Shown here: positions 1 through 9,164 of the stretch, one piece after another
Position numbering within the stretch: position 1 is the stretch's first letter
Layout of the letters: each line of letters opens with the position of its first letter
Assembly: GCA_965223565.1 (NCBI GenBank)
Contig: CBDCWV010000011.1
Coordinates: 132,600-196,599, forward strand
Source of the DNA: Myxococcota bacterium
GTDB lineage: Bacteria; Myxococcota_A; UBA9160; UBA4427
Direction of reading: 5' to 3'
Length of the DNA: 64,000 nucleotides
Program-made: the position numbers and the translations under genes
Notes under the pieces: model-generated
What the model was told of the DNA's origin: nothing
The model's input: only the letters and a program-made list of their open reading frames with translations
Database searches by the model: none

Positions 1-85
1 CGCGGCCGAGAAACGCGACGAGGCGTGTCCGGCCCTGCGTCGGCGAAAACGCGCGGTCACCACGGAGCCGGTGGCTCGATCGGGT

Positions 86-865
86 CTAGCTCGGCTCGAC
101 CCGCATCGAGGCCACGGCCGCCCCACCGTCGACGCAGATCACCTGGCCCGACACGTAGTCGGCGGCACGACTGCAGAGGAAGAGCACGGCGTTCGCGATA
201 TCAGCGGGGCGCCCGACGTAACCGAGCGGACAACGTGCATCCCGCTCGTCGCCGCTGCCGAGGCGCGCCATGCCCTCGGTACCCCCGATCGCGCCGGGTG
301 CCAACGCGTTCACGCGTACGCCGTGCGGACCGAACTCGACGGCGCAGGTGCGCGTCAACGAATCGACACCGGTCTTGGCCGCGGCGACGTGCGCCTGGAG
401 CGCAACGCCCATCCGCTCGAAGGGCGCGCTGATGTTCACGATATGACCGCCGCTCCGTTTGAGCGCACGCTCGAAAGCGACCTTCGTGACGTGATAGGTG
501 CCGCGAAGGTCGATGTCGACGACGGCCTTGAAGCCGTTGTAGGAGAGGCCCTCGATCGGCGCGGGGAAATTGCCAGCGGCATTGTTGATCACGATGTCGA
601 GCCGTCCCCAACGTGCGAGGATCGCGTCGACGACTGCCTCGACCTGCTCCGGCTCGCGGACGTCGCAGGGCACCCACATCGCCTCGATGCCGTCGCGCTC
701 GAGCTCGCCGACTGCGGCCTCGAGCACCTCGGCCCGACGACTCGCGAGACAGAGCCGTGCTCCGTGCTCGCCGAGAGCCTGAGCGATTCCGCGTCCGATT
801 CCGGTGCCGCCACCCGTGACGAGCGCAACCCGCCCCGCGCAGAGATCCGTTCGGAATTCGCTCAT
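86..865 (-). CDS. SDR family oxidoreductase (2,4-dienoyl-CoA reductase-like)
   Basis: 260-codon ORF from ATG 865 with GGAGGA (rc of 870-875) just upstream; the 372-aa track ORF has an Arg/Ser-rich N-extension. Rossmann motif 'VTGGGTGIGRG', 'NNAAG', 'VNALAPG'. Stop TAG at 86-88. Confidence 0.9.
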   Translation of the reverse strand: MSEFRTDLCAGRVALVTGGGTGIGRGIAQALGEHGARLCLASRRAEVLEAAVGELERDGIEAMWVPCDVREPEQVEAVVDAILARWGRLDIVINNAAGNFPAPIEGLSYNGFKAVVDIDLRGTYHVTKVAFERALKRSGGHIVNISAPFERMGVALQAHVAAAKTGVDSLTRTCAVEFGPHGVRVNALAPGAIGGTEGMARLGSGDERDARCPLGYVGRPADIANAVLFLCSRAADYVSGQVICVDGGAAVASMRVEPS

Positions 866-1121
866 GTTTCCTCCTGATGGTTGGTGCAGACCGCGAGCCC
901 GGGCGCACGGGGCCTTCGTGACCGTCGCCACGAGTCGACGCGCGCCCTTCAGCCGGCTCGCGTGATTCCGTCGAGCATATGTCATGCGCGCGAACCGGAC
1001 CGCTCGATTCATCTCTATACTCGCGGATGTCAGAGGGCTCGGATGCATCGCACGCGACAGCGCGCGACTCGTCTCGCCCCGAGCAAGCGCGACCGGACGG
1101 GTCCGCGCGAGGAGTCGATCG

Positions 1122-1967
1122 ATGTCCGATCTGGTGCGCCTCGAGGTGCGCGACCATGTCGCCGAGGTCCTGCTCGACCGACCCGACAAGTTGAACGCGA
1201 TCAATCACGACATGTGGGCCGCGATCGGCGAGACGGGCGAGTCGCTCGCGAGCGATCGCGAGCTTCGCGCGGTCATTCTCTCGGGTGCGGGGCGCGGCTT
1301 CTGCGCCGGACTCGACATGGCGAGCTTCGCCGACATGCAGCGTCGAGATGACCGACTGGAGGGCGAGGGCGATCGCGGCGGCAGCATTACCGGTGGCCTG
1401 AAATCCCTGGCCGGCCGGTCGGAGAATTTCTTCCAGCGAGCGGCGATCGTCTGGAAGCGAATTCCCGTGCCCGTCGTCTGCGCCCTGCACGGCGTGGCCT
1501 ACGGCGCGGGTGCTCAGGTTGCGCTCGGCGCCGACATCCGGATCGCCGCACCCGACCTGCGTTTGTCGATCCTCGAGATCAAGTGGGGCTTGATTCCGGA
1601 CGTCGGCATCACACAGACGCTCCGCGACCTCGTTCCGCTCGACGTCGCGAAGGAGCTCACGTTCACCGGTCGGATCCTCGATGCCGATGCCGCCCACGCC
1701 CTCGGACTGGTCACGCGTATCGCGGAGGATCCACTCGCGGAGGCACGCGCATTGGCGAGCGAGATCGCGGGCAAGAATCCGGACGCGATCCGCGCCGGCA
1801 AACGACTCCTCGACGAATCGTGGCACGCGGGCGAGCGCGAAGGGCTCGAGCTCGAAGCGCGGCTGCAGGCGAAGCTCCTCGGCAGCCCGAACCAGGTCGA
1901 GGCGATCCGAGCCAACTTCGAGAAGCGAACGCCCGAGTTCGCGCCCGCGTCCCTCGAGCGAGGTTGA
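1122..1967 (+). CDS. enoyl-CoA hydratase/isomerase (crotonase) family protein
   Basis: ATG 1122 begins 'MSDLVRLEVRDHVAEVLLDRPDKLNAI', the classic crotonase N-terminus. Oxyanion-hole segment 'GAGRGFCAGLD'. Upstream part of the track ORF is low-complexity. Confidence 0.9.
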   Translation: MSDLVRLEVRDHVAEVLLDRPDKLNAINHDMWAAIGETGESLASDRELRAVILSGAGRGFCAGLDMASFADMQRRDDRLEGEGDRGGSITGGLKSLAGRSENFFQRAAIVWKRIPVPVVCALHGVAYGAGAQVALGADIRIAAPDLRLSILEIKWGLIPDVGITQTLRDLVPLDVAKELTFTGRILDADAAHALGLVTRIAEDPLAEARALASEIAGKNPDAIRAGKRLLDESWHAGEREGLELEARLQAKLLGSPNQVEAIRANFEKRTPEFAPASLERG

Positions 1968-2006
1968 TCCGATCGACCCTGCGACACCTGCAAGGACTGG
2001 AGACCC

Positions 2007-3137
2007 ATGAGCGAGAACGTTGCGAGCCGAGCTGCCCTGCGCGACCTCCTCGCGCTCGTCGAGCGCGTCGACACGGAGTTCCTGTCGCAGGCCCGCCGCG
2101 TGAGCACGCCGGACGACATCGCCGATGGTGAACACATGCTGCTCCATCTCGTCAAGGCAGCGCTCGACGTCTGGGTCGACAACGACGCCAGCCGCCCGCG
2201 CTTCGCGCCGCTTGCGAGCAGCGTGCTCAAGTGGGGCGGCGAAGGCGCCGACAATCCGGCCCACTGTGCCCCGCTCGATCCGCAGCGGCGCTACCGCATC
2301 CGCGGACGGATGCGGGACGAGGTCTACATCAGCTTCACCGTCTACACGGGCAAGGCCGAGGGCGACTGGAACGACGGCGTCATCTCCGCGCTCAACCACA
2401 CCGAGTTCGAGATCGATGGCGCGGGTCGCTTCGAAATCACGATCGAGCCCCGGCCGACCCCCGGCGCGCTCCACATGGAGGCCGGCAAGCCGAACTGCGT
2501 CATCTCGCGGCACTACTGGGAGGACGAGATCTGCGGCATGGCCGACCCCCGCAAACACGTCGAGCTCGAGATCGAGTGTCTCGACGAGCCGGGCTTCCCG
2601 CGCCCGCTGGGTCCCGAGCGACTCGCCGCCAAGCTCGCGGCGGCCAGCCGCTTCATCGCGGGGCAGACGCTCGACCGGCCCGCCGCCCCCGACCCCGCGA
2701 AGCAGCCCGCGTGGTTCTCGCTCGTGCCGAACGAGCTGCCCAAACCGATGAAGTGGATTCCCAGCGAAGGCGGTGGCGCCGGTGCCGTCGACAATGCCTA
2801 CTGCGCGGGCCTCGTCCTGCTCGGACCCGACGAGGCGCTCGTCGTCGATGGACGCTGGCCCGAATGCGTCTATGCGAACGTGATGTTCTGGAATCGCTTC
2901 CAACAGGCGCCAGACTACCGCTACCGCTCCTGCTCGCTGAATCGCAAGCAGATGCGGGCCGACGCGGACGGTCGCTTCCGCTTCGTCGTCGCCCGCGAGG
3001 ACCCCGGCGTACCGAACTGGATCGATACCGAAGGCCATCTGGCCGGGACGCTCTATTGGCGTTTTCTGCTGCCCGAGGGCGAGATCGAGCAGCCGCGCTG
3101 TCGCGTGATGCCGCTCCACGCGGTTCGCGGCGGTTGA
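2007..3137 (+). CDS. uncharacterised protein, DUF1214-like (paralogue 1 of 3)
   Basis: 376-aa ORF 40 nt after the crotonase gene. Shares 'RRYRIRGRM' and C-terminal 'DGRFRFVVAREDPGVPNWIDTEGHLAGTLYWRF' with ORFs at 7946 and 20436. The DUF1214 assignment is from memory of similarly annotated actinobacterial proteins. Confidence 0.75.
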   Translation: MSENVASRAALRDLLALVERVDTEFLSQARRVSTPDDIADGEHMLLHLVKAALDVWVDNDASRPRFAPLASSVLKWGGEGADNPAHCAPLDPQRRYRIRGRMRDEVYISFTVYTGKAEGDWNDGVISALNHTEFEIDGAGRFEITIEPRPTPGALHMEAGKPNCVISRHYWEDEICGMADPRKHVELEIECLDEPGFPRPLGPERLAAKLAAASRFIAGQTLDRPAAPDPAKQPAWFSLVPNELPKPMKWIPSEGGGAGAVDNAYCAGLVLLGPDEALVVDGRWPECVYANVMFWNRFQQAPDYRYRSCSLNRKQMRADADGRFRFVVAREDPGVPNWIDTEGHLAGTLYWRFLLPEGEIEQPRCRVMPLHAVRGG

Positions 3138-3240
3138 AGGGGCAGATCCAACGACCACTCGCGCCTCTCGCGCAGGCCCCCGGCCGAGCCTGTTCGGATC
3201 GACCGGGGGTGACGAGAGCAGCCGCCCGCGCCCGAACGAG

Positions 3241-3321
3241 CAACGACAACGGCAATCGCAACGCGCACCCGAGCTTGCGGGACACCACGACACCGGCAAC
3301 GGCTGCAACGGCTCAGCAACG
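3241..3321. repeat. cluster of CAACG/GCAACG short repeats in an orphan intergenic region
   Basis: CAACG at 3241, 3247, 3259 (6-nt phase; variant CAATC at 3253) and again at 3297, 3306, 3317. Counted by hand from the sequence. Confidence 0.6.
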
Positions 3322-3464
3322 CAGCGCGTCCGCTCCCATCGTTTCGGAATCGGAGCGCAATCGCGCCCGAGGACGCGATCCGACACCCGAAGATCCGAGC
3401 GCGATCGGAAACCCGAGCGGATCACACCGATCCACGACGGATTCTCGAGATGGGTGCGTCCCGC

Positions 3465-3505
3465 GAAGGCGAACGTCACATCTTTCTACGATCGGAAGGC
3501 GAACG
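3465..3505. repeat. perfect 11-bp direct repeat GAAGGCGAACG x2, 30 bp apart
   Basis: GAAGGCGAACG at 3465-3475 and 3495-3505, in the 459-bp gap between convergent genes. A CCCGAAG/CTTCGGG hairpin follows at 3517-3536. Confidence 0.85.
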
Positions 3506-3596
3506 CGGCGTCAGTCCCCGAAGCTGCGTCTTCGGGTACTCCCCTTCTTGGGCTTCGGAATCGACGCCGATACCGGAGCGCCCGTGTCGCGCCCGC

Positions 3597-4643
3597 TCAA
3601 CGCTCGCGCGTGCCCGCGAGCTCGGCCAGCAGCTCGTAGGCCTCTTCCTGCTCGGTGCGGACGGTGACGCCCGTGAAAGGCATGTCCTCCCAGAGATCCC
3701 GCCAGCGCCGCTTGATGCGGTCGACGTCGCCGAAGAGTCCACCCTCGTCGATGTACTCGTCCGGAACGGCCTCGATCGCTTCCTCGCGCTTGCCCGCCTG
3801 GAAGAGCTCCTGGATCCGTTCGGCCGCCTCGCCCCAGCCTTCCCGGATCATTCGCTTCTTGTGGAAGTTGAGCTTCGGATGACCCATCCCGCCCACGTAG
3901 AGCGCGACGAAGGGCTTGCCCGCCTGGAGTGCGCCCTTCACGTCGTCGGTGATCTCGACGGAGACGCCGCCCTGAATCTCGAAGTCGGCGTAGCCCTTGC
4001 CGCCGCCAGCCCGCGCGAAGCCCTCTTCGAACCACGCCTTGAACGTTTCGAGATTGCCTCGGCGCATCCCGAAGGCCAGCCAGCCATCCGCGAGCTCGGC
4101 CGTCAGCTTGACCATCTCGGGCGCCCCCGTTCCGAGCCAGATCGTGGGCTTGTGCTCGAAATGGAGAATCGACTTGAGGGGCTTGCCCATACCCGTCGCG
4201 CCCGGCCCGGCATAGGGCAGCGCGATCTCCGACCCGGCGTGCTCGACCGGTCCCGCGCGATCGAAGATCTTCTTCATGATCGTCACGTAGTCGCGCAGGC
4301 GTTCCTTCGGCCGCCCCCACGGCGTGCCGTACCAGCCCTCGACGATCTGCGGACCCGACAGACCCAGGCCGCCGATCACGCGCCCGCCGCCCGCCAGCTG
4401 ATCGACCGTCGCGAGCTGCATCGCCGTCATCGTCGGCGTGCGCGCACCGACCTGAATGACAGCCGTCCCCAGTCGGATGCGGTCGGTATGCGCGGCGATA
4501 TAGGCGAGTGGTGTGATCGCGTCGGAGCCGTAGGCCTCCGCCGTCCAGACCGAGTCGTAGCCGAGCGCTTCACAGCGCTTGATCCGGTCGATCGGCACGT
4601 CGACCGAACGACCCGCGTATTCGACGGCGAGCCCGAGCTTCAT
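3597..4643 (-). CDS. LLM-class (luciferase-like) flavin/F420-dependent oxidoreductase
   Basis: 348-aa ORF 'MKLGLAVEYAG...LGYDSVWTAEAYGSDAITPLAYIAAHTDRIRLGTAV', typical of the LLM TIM-barrel family. Cofactor class cannot be decided by eye. Confidence 0.85.
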   Translation of the reverse strand: MKLGLAVEYAGRSVDVPIDRIKRCEALGYDSVWTAEAYGSDAITPLAYIAAHTDRIRLGTAVIQVGARTPTMTAMQLATVDQLAGGGRVIGGLGLSGPQIVEGWYGTPWGRPKERLRDYVTIMKKIFDRAGPVEHAGSEIALPYAGPGATGMGKPLKSILHFEHKPTIWLGTGAPEMVKLTAELADGWLAFGMRRGNLETFKAWFEEGFARAGGGKGYADFEIQGGVSVEITDDVKGALQAGKPFVALYVGGMGHPKLNFHKKRMIREGWGEAAERIQELFQAGKREEAIEAVPDEYIDEGGLFGDVDRIKRRWRDLWEDMPFTGVTVRTEQEEAYELLAELAGTRER

Positions 4644-4703
4644 CGTGAGATTCCCTGCTAGGTTGATCTACGGCGAGCATACGGGATTCTCGGGGGGTCT
4701 GGC

Positions 4704-6113
4704 TTGGCGTGGCTTCGCATCGATCGCGCGCGCACGAGGCGTCGCTCCGCCAACCGATACCCCGCGCGCCGCGAAGGTCGCGCCGGAGCGGCCTCTCGAT
4801 CGGAATCGATTACGACGATTGTCGCACTCGTGGGGCTCGTCCTCGCCTGCGCAAGCGGCAGCGAACGCGGGGCCGGCGACGCGACACCGATCCAGCTCGG
4901 CCCGCGGCCGTTCTTCCTGCTCGATCAGCTCGCCGAAGGACCGCTGCGCACCCGCCTCGACGCCTGCCGAGGCGGCCCGTTTCGAAGGAGCCGCTTCTCG
5001 ATCGCCCATCGTGGTGCGCCGCTGCAATTTCCCGAACACAGTCGTGCGTCCTATCTCGCCGCCGCGCGCATGGGCGCTGGCATGCTCGAGTGCGATGTCA
5101 GCTGGACGGCCGATCGCGTGCCGGTCTGCCGCCACGCGGAATGCGATCTGGCGCAAACGACGGATATCCTCACCACGCCGCTCGCGGATCATTGCCGCGA
5201 GCCCTTCGTCCCGGCGCGTTTCGACACGACGACGGGCCGCCTCGTCGCGCCAGCCCAGGCGAGCTGTTGCACGTCGGACCTCACGCTCACGCAGCTGAAA
5301 GGCCTCGACACCCGAATGGAGGCCAGCGACCGCGCCGCGCGCCGGCGTGCCCGCAGCGCCGCCGAATATCAGGCCGCGATCCCGACCTGGCGGACACAGC
5401 TCTACACGATCGCCCGGACCGACGCGCGGGCCGGAGCGCGACGCGAGCCGATCCTCACGTTCGGCGAGAGTCTCGTTCTGGCGAAGCGCCTCGGCCTGGC
5501 GGTCGCGCCCGAGCTCAAGGCGTTCGTGCCCGGCGCCGGACACGGAGAGGAGACCGAAACCACGCCCTTCGACCGGGACCTCGCCGCACGACAGCTGGTC
5601 GACGCGCTGCGCGAGCATGGATTCTCGCCGCGCGATGTTCGACTCCAGTCCTTCGATCGCGACGATATCCGGCGCTGGCTCGCGTATGCCCCGGCCTACG
5701 GCGCGCGAGCGATCTGGCTGATCGATCGAGCGGGAGACGCCTCGCCGCCGACGCGCGAGACGCTCGACGGCCTCTACCGCGAGGGCTTTCGCGCACTCGG
5801 GCCGCCGATCTCGCTCCTGCTGCGCGTCGACGAGCGGGACCGGCTGCGGGCGAGCGGGTTCGCGAGGCGTGCCCGCGACGCGGGCTTCGAGCTGATCGGC
5901 TGGACACTCGAACGCTCGGGGCGGATTCACGACGGCCGGGTCGAAGGACGCGCACGCGATTTCTATCTCGACCCGGTTCTCGCAGCACTGAGGAACGACG
6001 GCGACGTCTTTCGCGTGGTCGATGCGCTCGCGCGCGAGGTCGGTGTCGTCGGACTGTTCTCCGACTGGCCTGCCACGACGACGTTCTACGCGAATTGCCT
6101 GGGGCTCGATTGA
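4704..6113 (+). CDS. glycerophosphodiester phosphodiesterase family protein, probable lipoprotein
   Basis: GDPD catalytic region 'FSIAHRGAPLQFPEHSRASYLAAARMGAGMLECDVSWTADRVPVCRH'. Hydrophobic stretch ending in lipobox-like 'LVLAC'. The only in-frame start in the ORF is TTG 4704, giving a long Arg-rich n-region, so the start is uncertain. Confidence 0.75.
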   Translation: MAWLRIDRARTRRRSANRYPARREGRAGAASRSESITTIVALVGLVLACASGSERGAGDATPIQLGPRPFFLLDQLAEGPLRTRLDACRGGPFRRSRFSIAHRGAPLQFPEHSRASYLAAARMGAGMLECDVSWTADRVPVCRHAECDLAQTTDILTTPLADHCREPFVPARFDTTTGRLVAPAQASCCTSDLTLTQLKGLDTRMEASDRAARRRARSAAEYQAAIPTWRTQLYTIARTDARAGARREPILTFGESLVLAKRLGLAVAPELKAFVPGAGHGEETETTPFDRDLAARQLVDALREHGFSPRDVRLQSFDRDDIRRWLAYAPAYGARAIWLIDRAGDASPPTRETLDGLYREGFRALGPPISLLLRVDERDRLRASGFARRARDAGFELIGWTLERSGRIHDGRVEGRARDFYLDPVLAALRNDGDVFRVVDALAREVGVVGLFSDWPATTTFYANCLGLD

Positions 6114-6153
6114 GCGCATTCACCCCACCCGACGCCTGCTAGCTTGCGTCGCG

Positions 6154-6999
6154 ATGGCCAGCGAAGATGCCGACACCCCGCCTTTCTATACACGCTACGG
6201 ATTCTCGCGCAGCGACGATCGCGAGCGGCCGCTCGTCGTCGAGCCCTACGCCGAGATCTGCCGCGACGGCGTGCTCCTGGCGACGGTGATCGCCTCCGCG
6301 GTCGACCTGGTCGGCGGCTTCTTCACGCGCGAGATCGCGGGCGCCGACGCCACGTTCACGAGCGACCTCTCGCTCCGGATTCCCCGCCCCGGACGACCCG
6401 ACCGCCTCGTCGCCCGAGGCGAGCTGCTGCGGAGCGGGAGGCGACTCACGACGACGGGCGTCACGCTCGTCGTCGCCGACGCAGGCGGGCCGAGCGCCCA
6501 CTCGGAGCGCGGCGATTATGCCTACGGTCAGACGACGTTCACGCGCATTCCGCGTCGGGGCTCGGAGACGCCCGATCCGGCGAGTCTGGCGACGCCCCGC
6601 GTGCTCGCGCATCACCCCCTCACGGAGCCGCTCGAGCAAGCCGTCGGCATCGAGCTCGTCGACGCCCGGGCCGGTCGCGTGCAGCTGCCCTTCCGCCCGG
6701 CGCTCTTGAATCCGGAGGGTGTGCTCCAGGGTGCGCTCGTCGCACTCGTCGTCGAGGTCGCCGCGCAGGCGCTGGCGACCACAGCGGGGCTCTCGCGGCC
6801 GGCGGTCTGCGAGCTCGATCTGCGATACCTGGCCGCCGCGGCACGGGGACCCGTCGAAAGTCGGGCGCGTTGGCTCGGCCCGGCCTCCGCGCGCATGATC
6901 GCGATCGAATTGCGCGATCTCGGGCGAGACGCGCGGCGGACGACGACGGCCTTCGTGCGCGTGATCGAGGCCGATCGCGAGCCGGAGGCCCATGGCTGA
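6154..6999 (+). CDS. thioesterase-superfamily protein with two PaaI/4HBT-like hotdog halves
   Basis: ATG 6154 'MASEDADTPPFY'. Two similar segments, 'GVLLATVIASAVDLVGG' and 'GVLQGALVALVVEVAAQAL', each followed by a 'R..L..GRR...' beta region. Confidence 0.65.
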   Translation: MASEDADTPPFYTRYGFSRSDDRERPLVVEPYAEICRDGVLLATVIASAVDLVGGFFTREIAGADATFTSDLSLRIPRPGRPDRLVARGELLRSGRRLTTTGVTLVVADAGGPSAHSERGDYAYGQTTFTRIPRRGSETPDPASLATPRVLAHHPLTEPLEQAVGIELVDARAGRVQLPFRPALLNPEGVLQGALVALVVEVAAQALATTAGLSRPAVCELDLRYLAAAARGPVESRARWLGPASARMIAIELRDLGRDARRTTTAFVRVIEADREPEAHG

Positions 7000-7077
7000 C
7001 GTCTCGCGAAGGCGCCAGCGGCGAGCGTCCGTTTCCGGGCTGCCGCCAGCCGGGAATCCGACCGCTATCGTCTCGCG

Positions 7078-7866
7078 ATGGATGTGAATCGCGAGCTGAA
7101 CACGAATCTCAGCGGTCAGACCATCGTCGTGACGGGCGGAACGCGCGGCATCGGCCTCGGGATCGTACGCGTCCTCGCCCGGGCCGGCGCCGAGCTGATG
7201 GTGACCGGACGCAAGCCCGCCCGCCTGGAAGCGGTCGCGGCGGAGCTCAGCGCCGCCGGGCTACCACACCGAACGCAGCAGGCAAACGTCGCGAGCGCCG
7301 AAGAGAGCCGAGCCGTCGTCGCGGCCACGCTCGATGCCTTCGGCAAGATCGATGGCCTCGTCGCCAACGCGCAGTCCTACCGTCCGGTCACGCTGCTCGA
7401 GGACGTGACCGAGACGGATTTCGAGCTCGTGCTCGATACCGGTCCCAAAGGCAGTCTGTGGCTGATGCAGGCCGTCCTGCCGCATATGCGAGAGCGTGGT
7501 CGCGGCCGGATCGTCACGTTCGGCTCGTCGATGGGCAACACCGGCCCGCCGGGCTACGGACCCTATTCGGCTGCCAAGGAAGCCGTCCGCTCACTCACGC
7601 GCACGGCGGCCCGCGAATGGGGCCAATACGGCATCACCGTCAACTGCGTCTGTCCCGCCTCCGTCGCCCACCGGATGCCCGTTGCCGAAGAAGGCAGCGA
7701 GCGAGCCAAAGCCTTCGCCGAGATGTACGAGGGCCATCCTCTCGGGCGTGACGGGGATCCGGAGGACGACATCGCGCCGGTCGTGGCCTTCCTGCTCTCG
7801 GATGCCAGTCGCTACATGACGGGCCAGACCTTCTACGTCGACGGCGGCGGAATCATGCGCGCCTGA
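7078..7866 (+). CDS. SDR family oxidoreductase
   Basis: 'VTGGTRGIGLGI' cofactor motif and 'YSAAKEA' (YxxxK) catalytic motif; 262 aa. Confidence 0.9.
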   Translation: MDVNRELNTNLSGQTIVVTGGTRGIGLGIVRVLARAGAELMVTGRKPARLEAVAAELSAAGLPHRTQQANVASAEESRAVVAATLDAFGKIDGLVANAQSYRPVTLLEDVTETDFELVLDTGPKGSLWLMQAVLPHMRERGRGRIVTFGSSMGNTGPPGYGPYSAAKEAVRSLTRTAAREWGQYGITVNCVCPASVAHRMPVAEEGSERAKAFAEMYEGHPLGRDGDPEDDIAPVVAFLLSDASRYMTGQTFYVDGGGIMRA

Positions 7867-7945
7867 GATCGACGAGCTCATCCATGCCCGACACTCTGCC
7901 TCGCGTTCGGGGTCGGTCGACGGCCCCAGAGAGGACACCACCGAC

Positions 7946-9157
7946 GTGACGCGCTCGAACCCGGACGACGCCCCGAATCACCAGCCCGCAACCGATTCGC
8001 CCGAGGTGCAGGCCTGGAAGCGCTTCTGCCGCCGTGTCGAGGCGTTGGGCGAGCGGATCCTCGAGGACGATTTTCCGAACACGCCCGCCGATCGCGTGGA
8101 GGGAATCGCGCACCTCGCCGATCAGGTCTCCTGTTGGCTCGGCTGGTCGATCCCGCACGGCGACCCGACGGCGCCCTTCTTCCATCGCTCGAACGACCTC
8201 TTCACGCAATGGGGCGGACCCAACCAGGACAACGTCTATCACCACGCACGGATCGATCCCAAGCGTCGCTACCGCGTTCGCGGACGGATGCACAGCTGCG
8301 AGCACTTCGTGATCACGCTCCGGGTCGGCTTCATGCACATGAAGCAATGGGGCACCCGGGCGGCCGTCGCGTCCGTCGACCGCGGGATTCGACCGGGCGA
8401 CGCATTCGAGCTCCTCTTCGGCGGCGACGGATCCGCTCCGGACTGGATTCCGATTCCCGACGACGTCACGACGCTCTCGCTGCGTGAATACTACGTCGAC
8501 TGGCGGCCCGAAGAGCCGGCCGTCTTCACGATCGAGTGCCTCGACGACCTCCCGGCGCCGCCCCGCCCCGATCCCCAGCAGCTCGCAGGACAGCTCGACC
8601 ACGCACTCGAGCAGGTCGAATCCTCGATGCTCGGCTGGAACGAGTACATGAACGAGCACCGCGCGAACGGGACCGACAACGTCTTCGCGCCACAGCAAAA
8701 GCTGGCCAAGGGTCTCAGCGACGCCCGCTACGCGTTCCTCTTCTGGCGCCTCGAGCCCGACGAGGCGCTGCTCATCGAGACCGACGTGCCGCGCGCGCGC
8801 TATTGGGGCCTGCAGCTCGCGACGCTCGGTTGGTTCGAGCAGGTCGATCCGATCCATCGCATCACGTCGATCAACCAGCATCAGGCCGTCGTCGGCCCGG
8901 ATGGCCGCGTTCGCTTCGTCCTCGCGCACGCCGATCCCGGCGTGCCCAACTGGCTCGACACGGGCGATCACGCGGCTGGACTGCTGACCTATCGCTGGTT
9001 CTGGCCCGAGAGCGATCCGACGCCCTCGACCCGCGTCGTGCCGTTCGCGGACGTGCGCGCGGCGCTCCCCCCGGAGACGCCAACCGTGGATGCGGCGGCG
9101 CGCCGCGCCGAGATCGGCGCGCGCAAGGCCCACCTGGCCTGGCGATTCCGGACCTGA
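7946..9157 (+). CDS. uncharacterised protein, DUF1214-like (paralogue 2 of 3)
   Basis: 403 aa. 'KRRYRVRGRM' and 'DGRVRFVLAHADPGVPNWLDTGDHAAGLLTYRWFWPE' match the other two paralogues. Confidence 0.75.
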   Translation: MTRSNPDDAPNHQPATDSPEVQAWKRFCRRVEALGERILEDDFPNTPADRVEGIAHLADQVSCWLGWSIPHGDPTAPFFHRSNDLFTQWGGPNQDNVYHHARIDPKRRYRVRGRMHSCEHFVITLRVGFMHMKQWGTRAAVASVDRGIRPGDAFELLFGGDGSAPDWIPIPDDVTTLSLREYYVDWRPEEPAVFTIECLDDLPAPPRPDPQQLAGQLDHALEQVESSMLGWNEYMNEHRANGTDNVFAPQQKLAKGLSDARYAFLFWRLEPDEALLIETDVPRARYWGLQLATLGWFEQVDPIHRITSINQHQAVVGPDGRVRFVLAHADPGVPNWLDTGDHAAGLLTYRWFWPESDPTPSTRVVPFADVRAALPPETPTVDAAARRAEIGARKAHLAWRFRT

Positions 9158-9164
9158 GCCGGAC

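Noticed and set aside
3181-3215. 'GTTCGGATC' resembling a tRNA T-loop in the orphan intergenic region
   Set aside because: The flanking bases cannot form a T-stem or acceptor stem (gcctg versus cgacc are not complementary), and no cloverleaf can be drawn.
201-3479. 1092-aa ORF on the minus strand spanning the SDR, crotonase and DUF1214-like region
   Set aside because: The translation is Arg/Gly/Ala/Pro-rich with no family motifs. It is antisense or out of frame to three ORFs that give textbook family matches. This is a stop-depleted shadow frame, as expected in GC-rich DNA with a strong third-position GC bias.
4668-6142. Alternative long ORFs (4709-6142 +, 4668-6119 -) overlapping the GDPD gene
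   Set aside because: Only the 4704 frame yields the GDPD catalytic motifs and a lipoprotein-like signal. The others are Arg/Pro-rich shadows.
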